A stretch of 64,000 nt of DNA, taken from Dendrobates tinctorius (lineage: Eukaryota). The notes under the pieces are model-generated. The model made no database searches, was not told the DNA's origin, and saw nothing but the letters and a program-made list of their open reading frames with translations. The stretch lies in NCBI RefSeq assembly GCF_039654945.1, contig NW_027361706.1:18414001-18478000 (forward strand), read 5' to 3'. Made by a program: the position numbers and the translations under genes. Below, piece by piece: positions 1 through 14,943 of this stretch. Each line of letters starts with the position of its first letter. The stretch's first letter is position 1.

Positions 1-2330
1 TCTCCACACACAGGGCCCCCTACTCCTTACTATGGAGCCCAGACTACGTACACCATGGAGCACCGTATCTCCGCACACACAGGGCCTCCTACTCCTGACT
101 ATAGAGCCCTTACTACGTGTACCATGGAGCACCATATCTCCGCACACACGGGGCCCCCTACTCCTTACTATGGAGCCCAGACTCCGTACACCATGGAGCA
201 CCGTATCTCCGCACACACAGGGCCCCCTACTCCTTACTATGGAGCCCAGACTCCGTACACCATGGAGCACCATATCTCCACACACAGGGCCCCCTACTCC
301 TTACTATGGAGCCCAGACTACATACACCATGCAGCACCGTATCTCTGCACACACAGGGCCCCCTACTCCTTACTATGGAGCCCAGACTACGTACACCATG
401 GAGCACCGTATCTCCGCACACACAGGGCCCCCTACTCCTTATTATGGAGCCCAGACTACGTACACCATGGAGCCCCGTATCTCCGCACACACAGGGCCCC
501 CTACTCCTTACTATGGAGCCCAGACTACATACACCATGGAGCCCCGTATCTCCGTACACACAGGGCCCCCTACTCCTTACTATGGAGCCCTGACTACGTA
601 CACCATGGAGCCCCGTATCTCTGCACACACAGGGCCCCCTACTCCTTACTATGGAGCCCAGACTACGTACACCATGGGGCACCGTATCTCCACACACACA
701 GGGCCCCCTACTCCTTACTATGGAGCCCAGACTGCGTACACCATGGAGCACCGTATCTCCGTACACACAGGGCCCCCTACTCCTTACTATGGAGCCCAGA
801 CTGCGTACACCATGGAGCACCATATATCCGCACACACAGGGCCCCCTACTCCTTACTATGGAGCCCAGACTGCGTACACCATGGAGCACCGTATCTCCGT
901 ACACACAGGGCCCCCTACTCCTTACTATGGAGCCCAGACTACGTACACCATGGAGCACCGTATCTCCGTACACACAGGGTCCCCTACTCCTTACTATGGA
1001 GCCCAGACTCCGTACACCATGGAGCACCGTATCTCCGTACACACAGGGCCCCCTACTCCTTACTATGGAGCCCAGACTACGTACTCCATGGAGCACCGTA
1101 TCTCCGTACACACAGGGCCCCCTACTCCTTACTATGGAGCCCAGACTCCGTACACCATGGAGCACCGTATCTCCACACACAGGGCCCCCTACTCCTTACT
1201 ATGGAGCCCTGACTACGTACACCATGGAGCCCCGTATCTCCGCACACACAGGGCCCCCTACTCCTTACTATGGAGCCCAGAATCCGTACACCATGGAGCC
1301 CCGTATCTCCGTACACACAGGGCCCCCTACTCCTTACTATGGAGCCCTGACTACGTACACCATGGAGCCCCGTATCTCCGCACACACAGGGCCCCCTACT
1401 CCTTACTATGGAGCCCAGAATCCGTACACCATGGAGCCCCGTATCTCGGTACACACAGGGCCCCCTACTCCTTACTATGGAGCCCAGACTACGTACACCA
1501 TGGAGCACCGTATTTCCAGTACACACAGGGCCCCCTACTCCTTACTATGGAGCCCTGACTACGTACACCATGGAGCCCCGTATCTCCGCACACACAGGGC
1601 CCCCTACTCCTTACTATGGAGCCCAGAATACGTACACCATGGAGCACCGTATCTCCGCTCATACAGGGCCCCCTACTCCTTACTATGGAGCCAAGAATAC
1701 GTACACCATGGAATACCGTATCTCCGCACACACAGGGCCCCCTACTCCTTACTATGGAGCCCAGACTCCGTACACCATGGAGCACCGTATCTCCGTACAC
1801 ACAGGGCCCCCTACTCTTTACTATGGAGCCCAGACTCCGTACACCATGGAGCACCGTATCTCCGTACACACAGGGCCCCCTACTCCTTACTATGGAGCCC
1901 AGACTCCGTACACCATGGAGCACCGTATCTCCGTACACACAGGGCCCCCTACTCCTTACTATGGAGCCCAGACTCCGTACACCATGGAACACCGTATCTC
2001 CGCGTACACAGGGCCCCCTACTCCTTACTATGGAGCCCAGACTATGTACACCATGGAATACCGTATCTCCGCGTACACAGGGCCCCCTACTCCTTACTAT
2101 GGAGCCCAGACTATGTACACCATGGAGCACCGTATCTCCGCACACACAGGGCCCCCTACTCCTTACTATGGAGCCCAGACTCCGTACACCATGGAGCACC
2201 GTATCTCCGCACACACGGGGCCCCCTACTCCTTACTATGGAGCCCAGACTCCGTACACCATGGAGCACCATATCTCCACACACACAGGGCCCCCTACTCC
2301 TTACTTATGGAGCCCAGACTACGTACACAG
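1..2330. repeat. 69-bp tandem repeat (satellite), ~34 copies, runs off the left window edge
   Basis: Unit TCTCCGCACACACAGGGCCCCCTACTCCTTACTATGGAGCCCAGACTACGTACACCATGGAGCACCGTA gives the 23-aa periodic ORFs. Occasional shorter or longer units shift frame. Confidence 0.97.
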
Positions 2331-2717
2331 AGCAGTGTGCATGAGGCTTTAGGTCCAGACTTTTTGCTTTTGTTGTGCACCACAAGCTCAGAAAAAAAAA
2401 ATATGCACTGCAGTGGGCTGCTGTGTTTTTGCTATAGAAGCAGGACAATGACATATTTCTAAAATTACTTTTGTAAAAGGCTGTGATCAGGGCACTGCAC
2501 CACAGCGGAAATGTGATGGATAATAGATTTTAAAGTAATCAGTGTCATGGCTGGACATGCTCGCTCGGGTACAGAAACATTACTCCGAAGCCATCTCCCT
2601 GGTCATTCTCTTACAGACTGCCTTTACCAAAGGTTTCATTTATATCAGGAGGAAAAATATTGCGTTTGAGAAAAGGGATTTATATTTGGCTACTTTCTTT
2701 TATTGTCATGTTTACTC

Positions 2718-3164
2718 TTAAAGGAAATCCGTCAGCAGTTTTTGCCATGTGATCTGAGGGCAGCACAATGTAGGTGCCGAGATCCTGATTTCAGCGATGT
2801 GTCATTTGCTGGGCTACTTGCTGTAGTTTTGAGAAAAATTAAAGTTTTATCAGCAGGAGGTTACCACCACAGGACTAGATGTCTCGTGCCTTCTAGTCAA
2901 GTCTTCTGTGTAGCCACGTCCCCCACCACTTAGCAGCTTTTTTTTCAATATACAGTGTATCCAGAAAGCTGCCAATCAGTGGTGTGGGCGGGGCTATGCA
3001 GAGCTCAGCATTTAGAGAACTGCTGGATCTGCTGCAAAGAAAACAGTGATTGTATCAAAATGGCAGCAAGCAGTCTACTAAGTGACACATCACTGGACTT
3101 AGGGTCTCTGCCCCTACATCATGCTGCTCTTACACTACATAGCAAAAACCTGCTGACAGATTAA
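2718..3164. mobile_element. T2/Kolobok-type MITE (TTAA target), family A
   Basis: TTAA-AGGAAATCCGTCAGCAG ... CTGCTGACAGATT, with long imperfect inverted arms. Homologous to copies at 44981, 50299, 57680 and 58375. Confidence 0.85.
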
Positions 3165-4239
3165 TAAATACCTGGCTTCGCTTTTGGTATGGCAATAGTT
3201 CAACACATGCAAAGATCACTGACCCTTTAGCTGTCAGTTAACCAAGCCGTGGCAGAATTTCTACTTGTAAGAACGGTCCCTTAAAGGGGTTGTACAGGCA
3301 TGGTGCTCAAGTCTGCAGTCTCTGCTTGTTACTTGGCGACTTTACCTGAGACACAGGGCATGCGGCTATGGATTTCTGTATGCCGCTGCTCCACCCAAAC
3401 CTAATACAAGTGAATGGGGTTATATTAAGACCTGCAAGGTGCCATGACCACAAATGGCAAGTTGTAGAAAAACCCAACTTTTTCTCACTTGCATTATGCT
3501 ACAATGCAGCACTAGTATACAACTACTGTATCTTTGACTATGTGCACAGCCAATGTCAGTGTGTAACCCCAGCCTTATTCCTTATCTTGAATAAGTGCAT
3601 GGCTAAATATTTTAGTTATCTCCTGTCTGCAACCTTCCTAGTTGTCCCTTTTCCCCTTGGGTCAATGCTTTGTCAACTCTCCTTTTAGCAAGAAAGTACT
3701 GCAATTTTCTGAGCTCCCATAGAAATTAATGGAGAGAATCGCACACGTCCTTTCCATACAGCACACGAGGGGGCTGCATTTTTTTAGATGGACTCAGTCA
3801 GACCCAAATCTTTCAGATGGAGTCAAAGTTGTACCTGCATCTATTGGACATTTATGACTTATGTAAATTTGTCATGTCCCAGAGTTTCCTATAGAGTCTC
3901 CAGTATGCCGAAGGCCTTTGGAAGTTTCCATCACGATGCAAATGATAGCGAGGCTCCTGAGAAGATGAATATTTTCTTAGTGTAAGGGATTGATATTAAC
4001 TGACCAGCATGTCTCTTGGATTTGTGATTTCTAATGTGCTTATTGGGTGGAAAGAACTCACCATGATTCTTTAATCATATGGTGAGACATTGGATCTCAA
4101 TGTTGGAGGAGAGAGCACATAGCTGGAGTCCCAAAAGGGGTATAAACGACCCATTATTGCCTCATATGAAAAGCATTCAGGGAGATATCCCAGAGGGAAG
4201 ACATCCTTGTGGAAAGGGGTCCAGGAGACATTCAGGGTG

Positions 4240-5210
4240 GGCCATACCAAGGAGTGAGCCATATCAAGGAGGGGACCATACCAAGGAGAAGGGACCATAC
4301 CAAGAAGGGGAGATCATACCAAGGAGAGGAAAATACCAACAAGAGGGTAACATACCAAGGAGGGGGGACCAAACCATGGAAAGGGGGACTATGCCAAGAA
4401 GAAGGTCATACAAAGGAAGGGAGATCATACTAAGGAAAGGACAATACCAATAAGAGGGGAACATTCCAAGGAGTTGACCATACCAAGGAGGGTAGACCAA
4501 ACTAAGGCGGGAGGGCCATCCCAAGGAGAAGAATGCCAAGTAGAATGCCATATTAAGAAGAGGAGATCATACCAAGTAGAGGACAATGCCAACAAGAGGG
4601 TAACATACCAAGGAGGGGGGACTATGCCAAAGAGAAGGCCATACTAAGGAAGGGAGATCATACGAAGAAGAGGACAATACCAATGAGAGGGGAACATTCC
4701 AAGGAGTGGATCATACCAAGGAGGGTAGACCAAACCAAGGAGGGAGGGCCATAACAAGGAGAAGAATGCCAAGTAGAATGCCATACTAAGAAGTAGAGAT
4801 CATACCAAGGAGAGGACATTATCAACAAGAGGGTAACATACCAAGGAGGAGAGGCAAAACCAAGGAGGGGGACTATGCCAAGGAGAAGTGACCATACCAA
4901 GTAGAAAGTCATACCAAGAAGGGGAGATCATACCAAGGAGAAGACAATACCAACAAGAGGGTAACATACCAAGGAGTGGGAACCAAACCAAGGAGGGGGG
5001 GGACTATGCCAAGGAGGATGCCATACTAAGGAAGGGAGATCATACAATGGAAAGGACAATACCAAGGAGAGGGGGCCATACCCAGGAGTGGACTATATCA
5101 AGATGGATGGCCTTATCAAGGAGAGGACCACACCAAGAGGAGAGGAGGAGGCCATACCAGGAAGGTACATATTAGAGGACAGGAGGAGATATTAGGGCTA
5201 TACCAAGGTG
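4240..5210. repeat. Degenerate purine-rich ~19-bp minisatellite (ATACCAAGGAG core) with higher-order blocks
   Basis: Recurrent CATACCAAGGAG. The marker CAACAAGAGGGTAACATACC recurs near 4337, 4590, 4822 and 4951. Confidence 0.85.
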
Positions 5211-5252
5211 GCATAACAAAGAGGCTCCATGTGAAATATATGGGGACACTTA

Positions 5253-7453
5253 CCGTATATACTCGTGTATAAGCCAACCCGTGTATAAGCCGACCCCCCT
5301 AATTTTGTCACAAAAAACTGGGAAAACTTATTGACTCGCGTATAAGCCAAGGGTGCACAGTGAGTGGCCCCAGTTAAGCTGCACAGTGAGTGGCCCCAGA
5401 TAATGCTGCACAGTGAGTGGCCCCAGATAATGCTGCACAGTGAGTGGCCCCAGATAATGCTGCACAGTGAGTGGCCCCAGATAATGCTACACAGTGAGAG
5501 GCCCCAGATAATGCTGCACAGTGAGTGGCCCCAGATAATGCTACACAGTGAGTGGCCCCAGATAATGCTGCACAGTGAGTGGCCCCAGATAATGCTTCAC
5601 AGTGAGTGGCTCCAGATAATGCTGCACAGTGTGTGGCCCCAGATAATGCTACACAGTGAGTGGCCCCAGATAATGCTGCACAGTGAGTGACCCCAGTTAT
5701 GCTGCACAGTGAGTGGCCCCAGATAATGCTGCACAGTGAGTGGCCCCAGTTAATGCTACACAGTGAGTGGCCCCAGATAATGCTGCACAGTGAGTGACCC
5801 CAGTTATGCTGCACAGTGAGTGGCCCCAGATAATACTGCACAGTGAGTGACCCCAGTTATGCTGCACAGTGAGTGGCCCCAGATAATGCTGCACAGTGAG
5901 TGGCCCCAGATAATGCTACACAGTGAGTGGCCCCAGATAATGCTGCACAGTGAGTGACCCCAGTTATGCTGCACAGTGAGAGGCCCCAGATAATGCTGCA
6001 CAGTGAGTGGCCCCAGATAATGCTGCACAGTGAGTGGCCCCAGATAATGCTACACAGTGAGTGGCCCCAGATAATGCTGCACAGTGAGTGACCCCAGTTA
6101 TGCTGCACAGTGAGTGGCCCCAGATAATGCTGCACAGTGAGTGGCCCCAGATAGTGCTGCATAGTGTGTGGCCCCAGTTATCTGCACAGTGAGTGGCCCC
6201 AGATAATGCTGCAGAGTGTGTGGCCCCAGATAATGCTACACAGTGAGTGGCCCCAGATAATGCTGCACAGTGAGTGACCCCAGATAATGCTGCACAGTGA
6301 GTGGCCCCAGATAATGCTACACAGTGAGTGGCCCCAGATAATGCTGCACAGTGAGTGGCCCCAGATAATGCTGCACAGTGAGTGGCCCCAGATAATGCTG
6401 CACAGTGAGAGGCCGCAGAAAATGCTACACAGTGAGTGGCCCCAGATAATGCTGCACAGTGAGTGGCCCCAGATAATGCTACACAGTGAGTGGCCCCAGA
6501 TAATGCTGCACAGTGAGTGGCCCCAGATAATGCTGCACAGTGAGTGACCCCAGTTATGCTGCACAGTGAGTGGCCCCAGATAATGCTGCACAGTGAGTGG
6601 CCCCAGATAATGCTGCACAGTGAGTGGCCCCAGATAATGCTACACAGTGAGTGGCCCCAGATAATGCTGCACAGTGAGTAACCCCAGTTATGCTGCACAG
6701 TGAGTGGCCCCAGATAATGCTGCACAGTGAGTGGCCCCAGATAATGCTGCACAGTGTGTGGCCCCCCGTTATGTTGCACAGTGAGTGGCCCCAGATAGTG
6801 CTGCATAGTGTGTGGCCCCAGTTATCTGCACAGTGAGTGGCCCCAGTTATGCTGCACAGTGAGTGGCCCCAGCTTTGCTGCACAGTGAGTGGCCCCAGTT
6901 ATCTGCACAGTGTGTGGCCCCATCATATTGCTGCTGCTGCCTCCGTTACAAAAAAAACTGTATACTCACCTCTGTCGCTGCCTCCTGCTCATCAGCATTA
7001 CTGGCTCTGCAGTGACTGTGCAGGCAGAGGGTACGATCGCGCCCTCTGACCTGAATGTCACTGCAGAGGACGCAAGACAGCAGAGCGCAGGGACAGGTGA
7101 ATATGCCCCCCCCTTCATACTCACCTGGTCCTGGCGCTTGTCTCTGCAGCTCCCCTGTTTGTTCCATGTTGTCGGCGCTGCTCTCTTCCTGTTTCAGCGG
7201 TCACGTGGTACCGCTCATTAAATATGCACATATTTAACGAGCGGGTACCATTTGACAGCTGAAGCAGGAAGAGAGCAGTGCCGACAACGTGGAACAAGCA
7301 GGGGAGCTGCAGAGAAGGGTGAGTATGATCTGACACCCCCGCTCCCCCTCCCCCGCCGATCCCCCCGGTATAAGACTCGTGTATAAGCCGAGAGGGGGAC
7401 TTTCAGCCCAAAAAATGGGCTGAAAATCTCGGCTTATACGCGAGTGTATACGG
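5253..7453. mobile_element. Non-autonomous Tc1/mariner-superfamily element (Tc2-like CCGTATA termini) carrying an internal satellite
   Basis: TA-CCGTATATACTCGTGTATAAGCC at 5253 and GGCTTATACGCGAGTGTATACGG ending at 7453. Sub-terminal CTCGYGTATAAGCC repeats occur at both ends, with an internal palindrome at 7117-7327. Confidence 0.88.
5355..6925. repeat. 27-bp tandem repeat (CAGTGAGTGGCCCCAGATAATGCTGCA), ~58 copies, with 26-bp variants
   Basis: Direct inspection; 9-aa periodic ORFs (MLHSEWPQI). Confidence 0.97.
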
Positions 7454-8708
7454 TTGGAAATAGAGACCTGATTGTGTGAAAGGTTCTGGTAACTGCGATA
7501 TTTCTGAGATGACTGTAAATTTGTTGTGATTAATGTCTGTTGTTTGTGTGAAATATAATATTGTAATTTTTGAGTTATTGGAAAGTTATTTGTTTTTGCC
7601 TTTTTTTTTTTCAATTTTATGTTGTTCATTTGATTTTGAGCATAGTACAATTTCTTTTTCATACACTTTTGTTGATGTGCCATCTTTGCTGCTATTGTCC
7701 CCTAGAGTCTACATAGTTTTATTGTTCAGTGTTTTTATCAATTGATATTGATATCAATAATATTTCTTACACTGTTTTACAATAATGGAAAATTATGAGT
7801 GTTGTGTGGTGCTTTACACTGCAGCTTTGTATATTTTCAGGACTTGTACCGGTTGCCCGGTTGTGTGTGATATTTCCAGTCTATTTGACCTCATTGTTTT
7901 TACTGTGAGATGACGGCAGACATGATGTGAACATTCATATGCTCAGTAACGTCCCTCGTGGGGTTGATTGTACCCTTTACGCTTCACTAATTGACCGGTG
8001 ATCTCCAGATGTGAAACTCACCATGGGAACAGTAGAAATATCTTGTTTATACAAGCCATTATAAATGGTAAGGTTGTGTGTTCGTTGGACTACGAGTTCA
8101 AGGGTTATTCCCAAGATCTTTAATATGTACAATTGTAAATTGCTTGAAAAAAAAGAAGCTATTTTGCAATTTAATTGCTACAAAGCAATTTTCCTTTCTC
8201 AACAATAGTCTACTTATAGTCTATGAGCCGTGAGTGGTCTCCTAGGCAAGGAGTGCGCGCTTACAAGCAGTAGAACTTGCTTGTAAGTGCGCCACTTAAG
8301 TGCCCCTGTTTTCTCGCAATGCTGTAGAAGTAAAGTTGCTTGCAGCATCAGAGATCTTAGTTTTCGGACCAGCGGCACAACCAGGCTGCTGCTGTCCTGA
8401 ACTGTCAGTCAGGAGCACAAGCAGGAGGCAGGGAAGCGGTGCACTCTTGAAGACCAATCATGAGAAAACGCCATAAATTATCAGGACAGATAGGTTCACT
8501 CTATGTCGTGGCATTTCGATTACTCGTATGCGTGCCTGTCCATTTGTATACGTCTGCATATTGACTCCAACCACACTTTTTTTTACAGTTCTAATAAAAA
8601 TGTTGACTTTGCTTTTCCCATAGACATAATAGTCAAAGATATGCTTAGTAGACCTTTTGGCATAAAGAAATGATGAATAAATGTCCTTATATTCCCTGTA
8701 AAGATGCA

Positions 8709-10292
<1,584 letters not shown>

Positions 10293-10984
10293 TAGATATA
10301 TAGGTATTGAATGTATAGGTCTTATTTCAGCTCTGGATCTAGAAGTGGCCATAACAGAGAACACCTTTAAAATGGATTTGTACTTTCATATTTTGCTTAT
10401 TTCTTTTTTGTAGTATTGTACGCTCATATATAACATTTTGGTTCTTGAACCCTTTGTCTTAGCCTTTTTTCTACTTGCTGTATATTATTATAAAGTGTGG
10501 GAAGTACAGAGACGCTCATTTCACCCCAGAGCACTGACCACAACCAAAGGGTCTGCTGTACAGATAACAAACGGTAATTGGACTTATTGATTTAATAAGC
10601 CCGGTAAAGAGCTCTGATGTCTAAGAAGTAGGAATACACAGCCACATGGGCAACGTATCAAAGCAGATGGCAAGTCAGAGCGAAGAGAAGCTCGGTGACG
10701 TCAGATCCTTCTTGGCTCGGTTCTGCACTGTCCTTTGTATCTCTACACAACTGGCTGCTCTATGACAGTAATGTTACAGCCATCCAAGCCATTATCTTGG
10801 GTAATTCCGGCAATATAATCCACAGTGACAGTGTATGCTAATATTTATTGATGTATTACGCTGCGGAGACACTAGAAATAGATTTCTGTGCCCAATGACT
10901 TCATGATGTCTTACTTTTCATAAATAGCACCGTAGCTGTGGCTTGAATATATTTTTGGACTTCACTTTTCTTTATCTACGTTCA

Positions 10985-11497
10985 TATTACGGTTGAAGTA
11001 AGACGCTTGTTCATCAAGTTCAACCGAGGGATGGGAAAGGAAAAAGGGAAGCGGTATAGAGATGTCCATAATGCTTGACCCAATTTGCCCCAAAGAGCAA
11101 GTTTTGATCCCGAGTGTTCATCGAATTTCACAATAAGAACTTTACACATTTACATCATTATTTATTTTTTTCTTAAAAAAAACAATCTAAGCCTTTTTTA
11201 TTAAGCCATCAACAGTTCCCACCATGACCAGCTCCTGGGGTAAACTAATAATTATCCTGGTGAAGACTTGTCTCCTGGAGAATGAACATTTCTTTCTCTA
11301 GGGAGTGCTCCCTTGTTTTCTTGAGGGTGTTTTACATAAAACAGGTTGTTTTTTCCATAATTTTTGTAGGGGCCATTTATGTGCTTGTACAAGTTAAGCA
11401 TGTCTGCCCTTAGACGTCTCACCCTAAGACTAAATACATTTAATTCTTTTAATCTTCCCTCATAACCAAGATTCTTTATGCCACTTATCAGTTTTGT
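10985..11497 (-). mobile_element. CR1 LINE 3-prime fragment (ORF2 C-terminus and 3-prime UTR), degenerate
   Basis: Minus-strand TKLISGIKNLGYEGRLKELNVFSLRVRRLRADMLNLYKHING matches the CR1 ORF2 C-terminal motif (YEERL..L..FSL.KRRLRGD). Confidence 0.85.
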
Positions 11498-11499
11498 GG

Positions 11500-12581
11500 A
11501 GAGTGAGTATGTTTGGCCCTTGACACTGGGGGTTCGGACGAGTCCCCCGCATGGCATCGCACTTTTAACTGTATCGGCATCCTGGACACCAATACAGTTG
11601 AAAGCAATAATGGAGGAAGGAATGTCAGCTGACGCTCCCTCGCCCATTATTCCCCTCTGCGTCTGACATTTCAGCGCAGCGGGTACAATGACGTCATTAG
11701 GACAAGGAAAGGAGACACCATAAAAGAACTTGGGAGAGGTGAGTATTTATTTTTTTTAATGTGGGGCCCATTATACTTCATGAAGCACAACGTGGGGCCA
11801 TTATTCTGTATGGAGGTCTATATGGAGCTCATGACACTGTATGGAGCACAATGTGGGGCTCATTATATTGTATAGAGCACTTTCTGGGGCCATCATACTG
11901 TATGGCACACTAGGTGGGGCCATTATACTATATTGAGCACTATGTGGGACCCATTATATTGTATGTAGCACTATGTGGAGCCATTATACTTTATGGAGCA
12001 CTTTTTGTGGCCATTCTACTGTATGGAGCACTATGTGGGGCCTTTATACTGCATGGATCACTGTGTATAGGGCACTTTTTGATGCCAATTTACTGTGTGA
12101 AAGGTTGTGTAGGGATCACAGATAGTGTATGGGGTCACAATACTTTGCCTTGGGTATTGAGGAAGGGGTGGTACAGTAGAGTCATCATACTGTGTGTGTG
12201 GAGGGTACTATGGAGGAATTCACTGTGGGGGGTTTCTTACTGTGTTTCAGGGGCACTTGTTGGCATCATACTTTTTTATCTGTATTAAAGTTTTTTTATC
12301 CTTTGTTACTATATATTTAAATGAGGCCATTGGGCCTTATGCTTATTAATGCTCTTACCTAACATATTATGTTATTACAATATTCTATTCTGAGATCTGT
12401 TAATTAAAATGTACTTTGTTTGTGGGAAACTCCTTTAAGTTTGTTTCTGTTTTGAAAAAGTTAATCGTTATATTTAATGTCTCAATTGTAGACTTTTTTT
12501 TGAATAAATATCAAGGTTGGCCCCCAACTTTGTCCAAGCTTTTAATTTTACCCCTCTGTGGATTCGACTTTGACATCCCTG
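11500..12581. mobile_element. Probable hAT-type non-autonomous element with an internal ~30-bp tandem repeat (11760-12060), lying between two CR1 pieces
   Basis: Right terminus TTTGACATCCCTG is hAT-like (CAGGG on the other strand). Repeats read TATGGAGCACTATGTGGGGCCATTATACTG. The left terminus is not clear. Confidence 0.5.
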
Positions 12582-12584
12582 CGC

Positions 12585-12785
12585 CTAGAACATATGATGT
12601 CTACATATAATTAGTGCCCAGATGCATAACTTTATATTTCTCTACATTGAAATTTATCTGCCAAGTGAATGCCCAAACACTCAACATTCAGTTGGTCCAC
12701 GTCAAGTCGTAACTTGTGGAATCAGAAGATAATCTTGTCTTCTATATAACTAGTAAATAAGTTGAATAAAAGTTGAATAATATGG
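12585..12785 (-). mobile_element. CR1 LINE RT fragment, probably upstream continuation of the 10985 copy
   Basis: Minus strand shows degenerate KVMHLG and LLFNLF-like RT motifs. Confidence 0.55.
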
Positions 12786-12849
12786 GTTGACTTCTAACCT
12801 CAAGTCCATAAATGACCCCTCCCCCCCAACGTCGCTCTCTGTTACAAAT

Positions 12850-13595
12850 GTGGGGCAAACTCCAACTCTTTTGGATAGGTCTCATTACAAACCCCTAAAA
12901 TGATGTTGTTCCCCAATTACTTTAACTGATCTGCATCTTTCCGGTCCCTGTTTCATCTCATTGCCTGAAAATATCTCAATGTTTGATTACCATTTTTGTC
13001 TGGAGTGGTGGTCTGTCTCCAAGTAAACAGAGCCACATTATACCACCACCGCTTAAGAGATGGCCTTGGGGGTCTCTAACCTGACCAAATCCTACCAGGC
13101 TGCTCAACTGCTCCAGTTGACCCTATATCACATGTTTTCTGAGCCACCTCTCTGACTTTCCCGGGAAGCCCCAAAATGTCACCCATTGGCCCTTGATACC
13201 CTTCTTTAGCTTCTCCCACACCAAGCAAACATATTTAAAGTCCTACAATGTCCTATTCACTTAAAATCTGTGATTACTTAACATACCCCTTTGCCCTCAT
13301 CTCTCCTTTTCTACCCTTAGCACCCTTATGGGGTGATACCCAATTCCCTAAAGGTGCACAGTCCCCCCTAGTATTCTGCATGTGGACCACTGCGGGTGTC
13401 ACTAAGCTTCACCACTTATTTAATGTAGATATACTGTAATGTAGATGTACGGTAATCTACATCTTCTTTTCCATTCCCTTCTTTAGTTGTTCCCCACAAT
13501 ATTTTTCGTTTTATATTTTTTTTAATCAAAAGTTTGTACTTTTGTAATTTTGTAATATTATTATCCCATTTGACTTTAAAACATTCAATAAAAGT
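12850..13595 (+). mobile_element. Old L1/Tx1-like LINE 3-prime fragment
   Basis: Frameshifted GLG.SNLTKSYQAAQL near 13055-13115 resembles the L1-clade GGLGLPN..YY.AAQL motif. Ends in AATAAAA near 13590. Confidence 0.45.
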
Positions 13596-13854
13596 CATCC
13601 AGTGCTTTTCCATCTTAAAGGGGAACACTTTTCCAAAACCAAATAGTGACTCAAGTTTTTTCCCTAACCTGTTGGTATTTTATGATTTTTTTTTTTAAAC
13701 ATTCTATATCCTGTATCTAGTTACTGGGGTAGCGGTTTTCCTGAGCTGCTGTCAAAGCGTAACTGTCCTTTTTTTTATATGCTGTGGTGTACAGTGTCAC
13801 ATCATAGACCCATAGGCTTACTATTGAGCCCGAACAGCACGCTAATGCTATGGC

Positions 13855-14193
13855 ACACTACCGTATTTTCTCACTTTCGAGAAAATCGGTCTGATTATGC
13901 AAATCACACTCTGATCGGAGTTTGATCAGAGTTTGTTCCGATTTTATTGGATGAGGAAAAGACGAAAAAAATGTTTTTAATCATCTTCTCCATTCTGTCA
14001 ATCCATGAAAGTTTGACCAAACTTGGATATCATCCAAGTGCGGTCCAATTATTTTTCCACAGACTCATGGTCGAATGCAAATCGCGCAAGATACTATTTT
14101 TTATGTGCACGGCCCCATAGAATAACATTGGTCCAAGTTCGATCCGATGTTTTGTTGGATCGGACTGAAAATATGATCTCCTGTATGACCTCT
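13855..14193. mobile_element. Old Harbinger-type non-autonomous element (same family as 42290-42652)
   Basis: Shared motifs CTGATTAT/CTGATC...ATCAGAGT, CCATAGAAT and TGTGCAC between the two loci. Confidence 0.5.
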
Positions 14194-14943
14194 TAGAGGA
14201 CGCAACTCGTAAGAGCAGCACACTTCAGAGCAGGGTTTTGATCCATTGGTGGTGGTCATTGTGCAGAAGGTGAAGGAGAGGAGCAGTGATCATTATCTAC
14301 CGTGAGGAAAGGATCCAAGTAATCCTCTGTGCATAAAAGTTTTGTTTTCCTGCCTGTTAGGATAATGAGAGTGCTGAAAAGTCTGGAGTATGAGTCTAAT
14401 ATTAAGCTTCGTAGCAAAGGTGATTTTTTTTTTAAAATAAAAATTCTAAATGGGAAATATAAAAAACACGACTCAAAATTGTAGAATTTGATTTAAACGA
14501 TCAGTTGAACACATTTCCTTCCATGCGAGTATCACAAAGAAATAGGAATAGGCAGGAATTTTTGCATTTGTAAGTGAAGGCTTCAGCCAGACGCCATTCT
14601 CCCCTTTGTGCATAGGACGTTCAGCACCATGGACAGGTCTCTGCTATCTGTGCCATATGGTTATATTTGATTCCACCATTTGTCAGGGTTATTGTAGAAC
14701 TGTGAAACCTAATTATTACCACTGAGACAGGATTATACAACGGCCTGCAGAATTGTTATTTATGATCGTCGTCTAGGTTTTCAATGTGTGAATGGAATTT
14801 TCTATTTTTATGACCCTGTGTTCATTATGTATTCTTGGCAATCACGAGTACAGCATATAGGAAGACAGAAATACTTGGCCTAAAGTAAAAATATCCTCTT
14901 CCTATTGTGTGACGATGATATCTTTTATTGGTGTATAAATGTA

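Noticed and set aside
32-2462. ORFs of 240-603 aa as mucin-like or repeat proteins
   Set aside because: They overlap in several frames on both strands and switch frame at variant units, so they are satellite artefacts.
5355-6925. CRISPR-like appearance of the 27-bp, 19-bp and 29-bp arrays
   Set aside because: Units are head-to-tail with no unique spacers, there are no cas genes, and the context is eukaryotic.
8251-8297. Short hairpin as a terminator or pre-miRNA
   Set aside because: Too short for a pre-miRNA and probably the centre of a decayed MITE; intrinsic terminators do not apply to this genome type.
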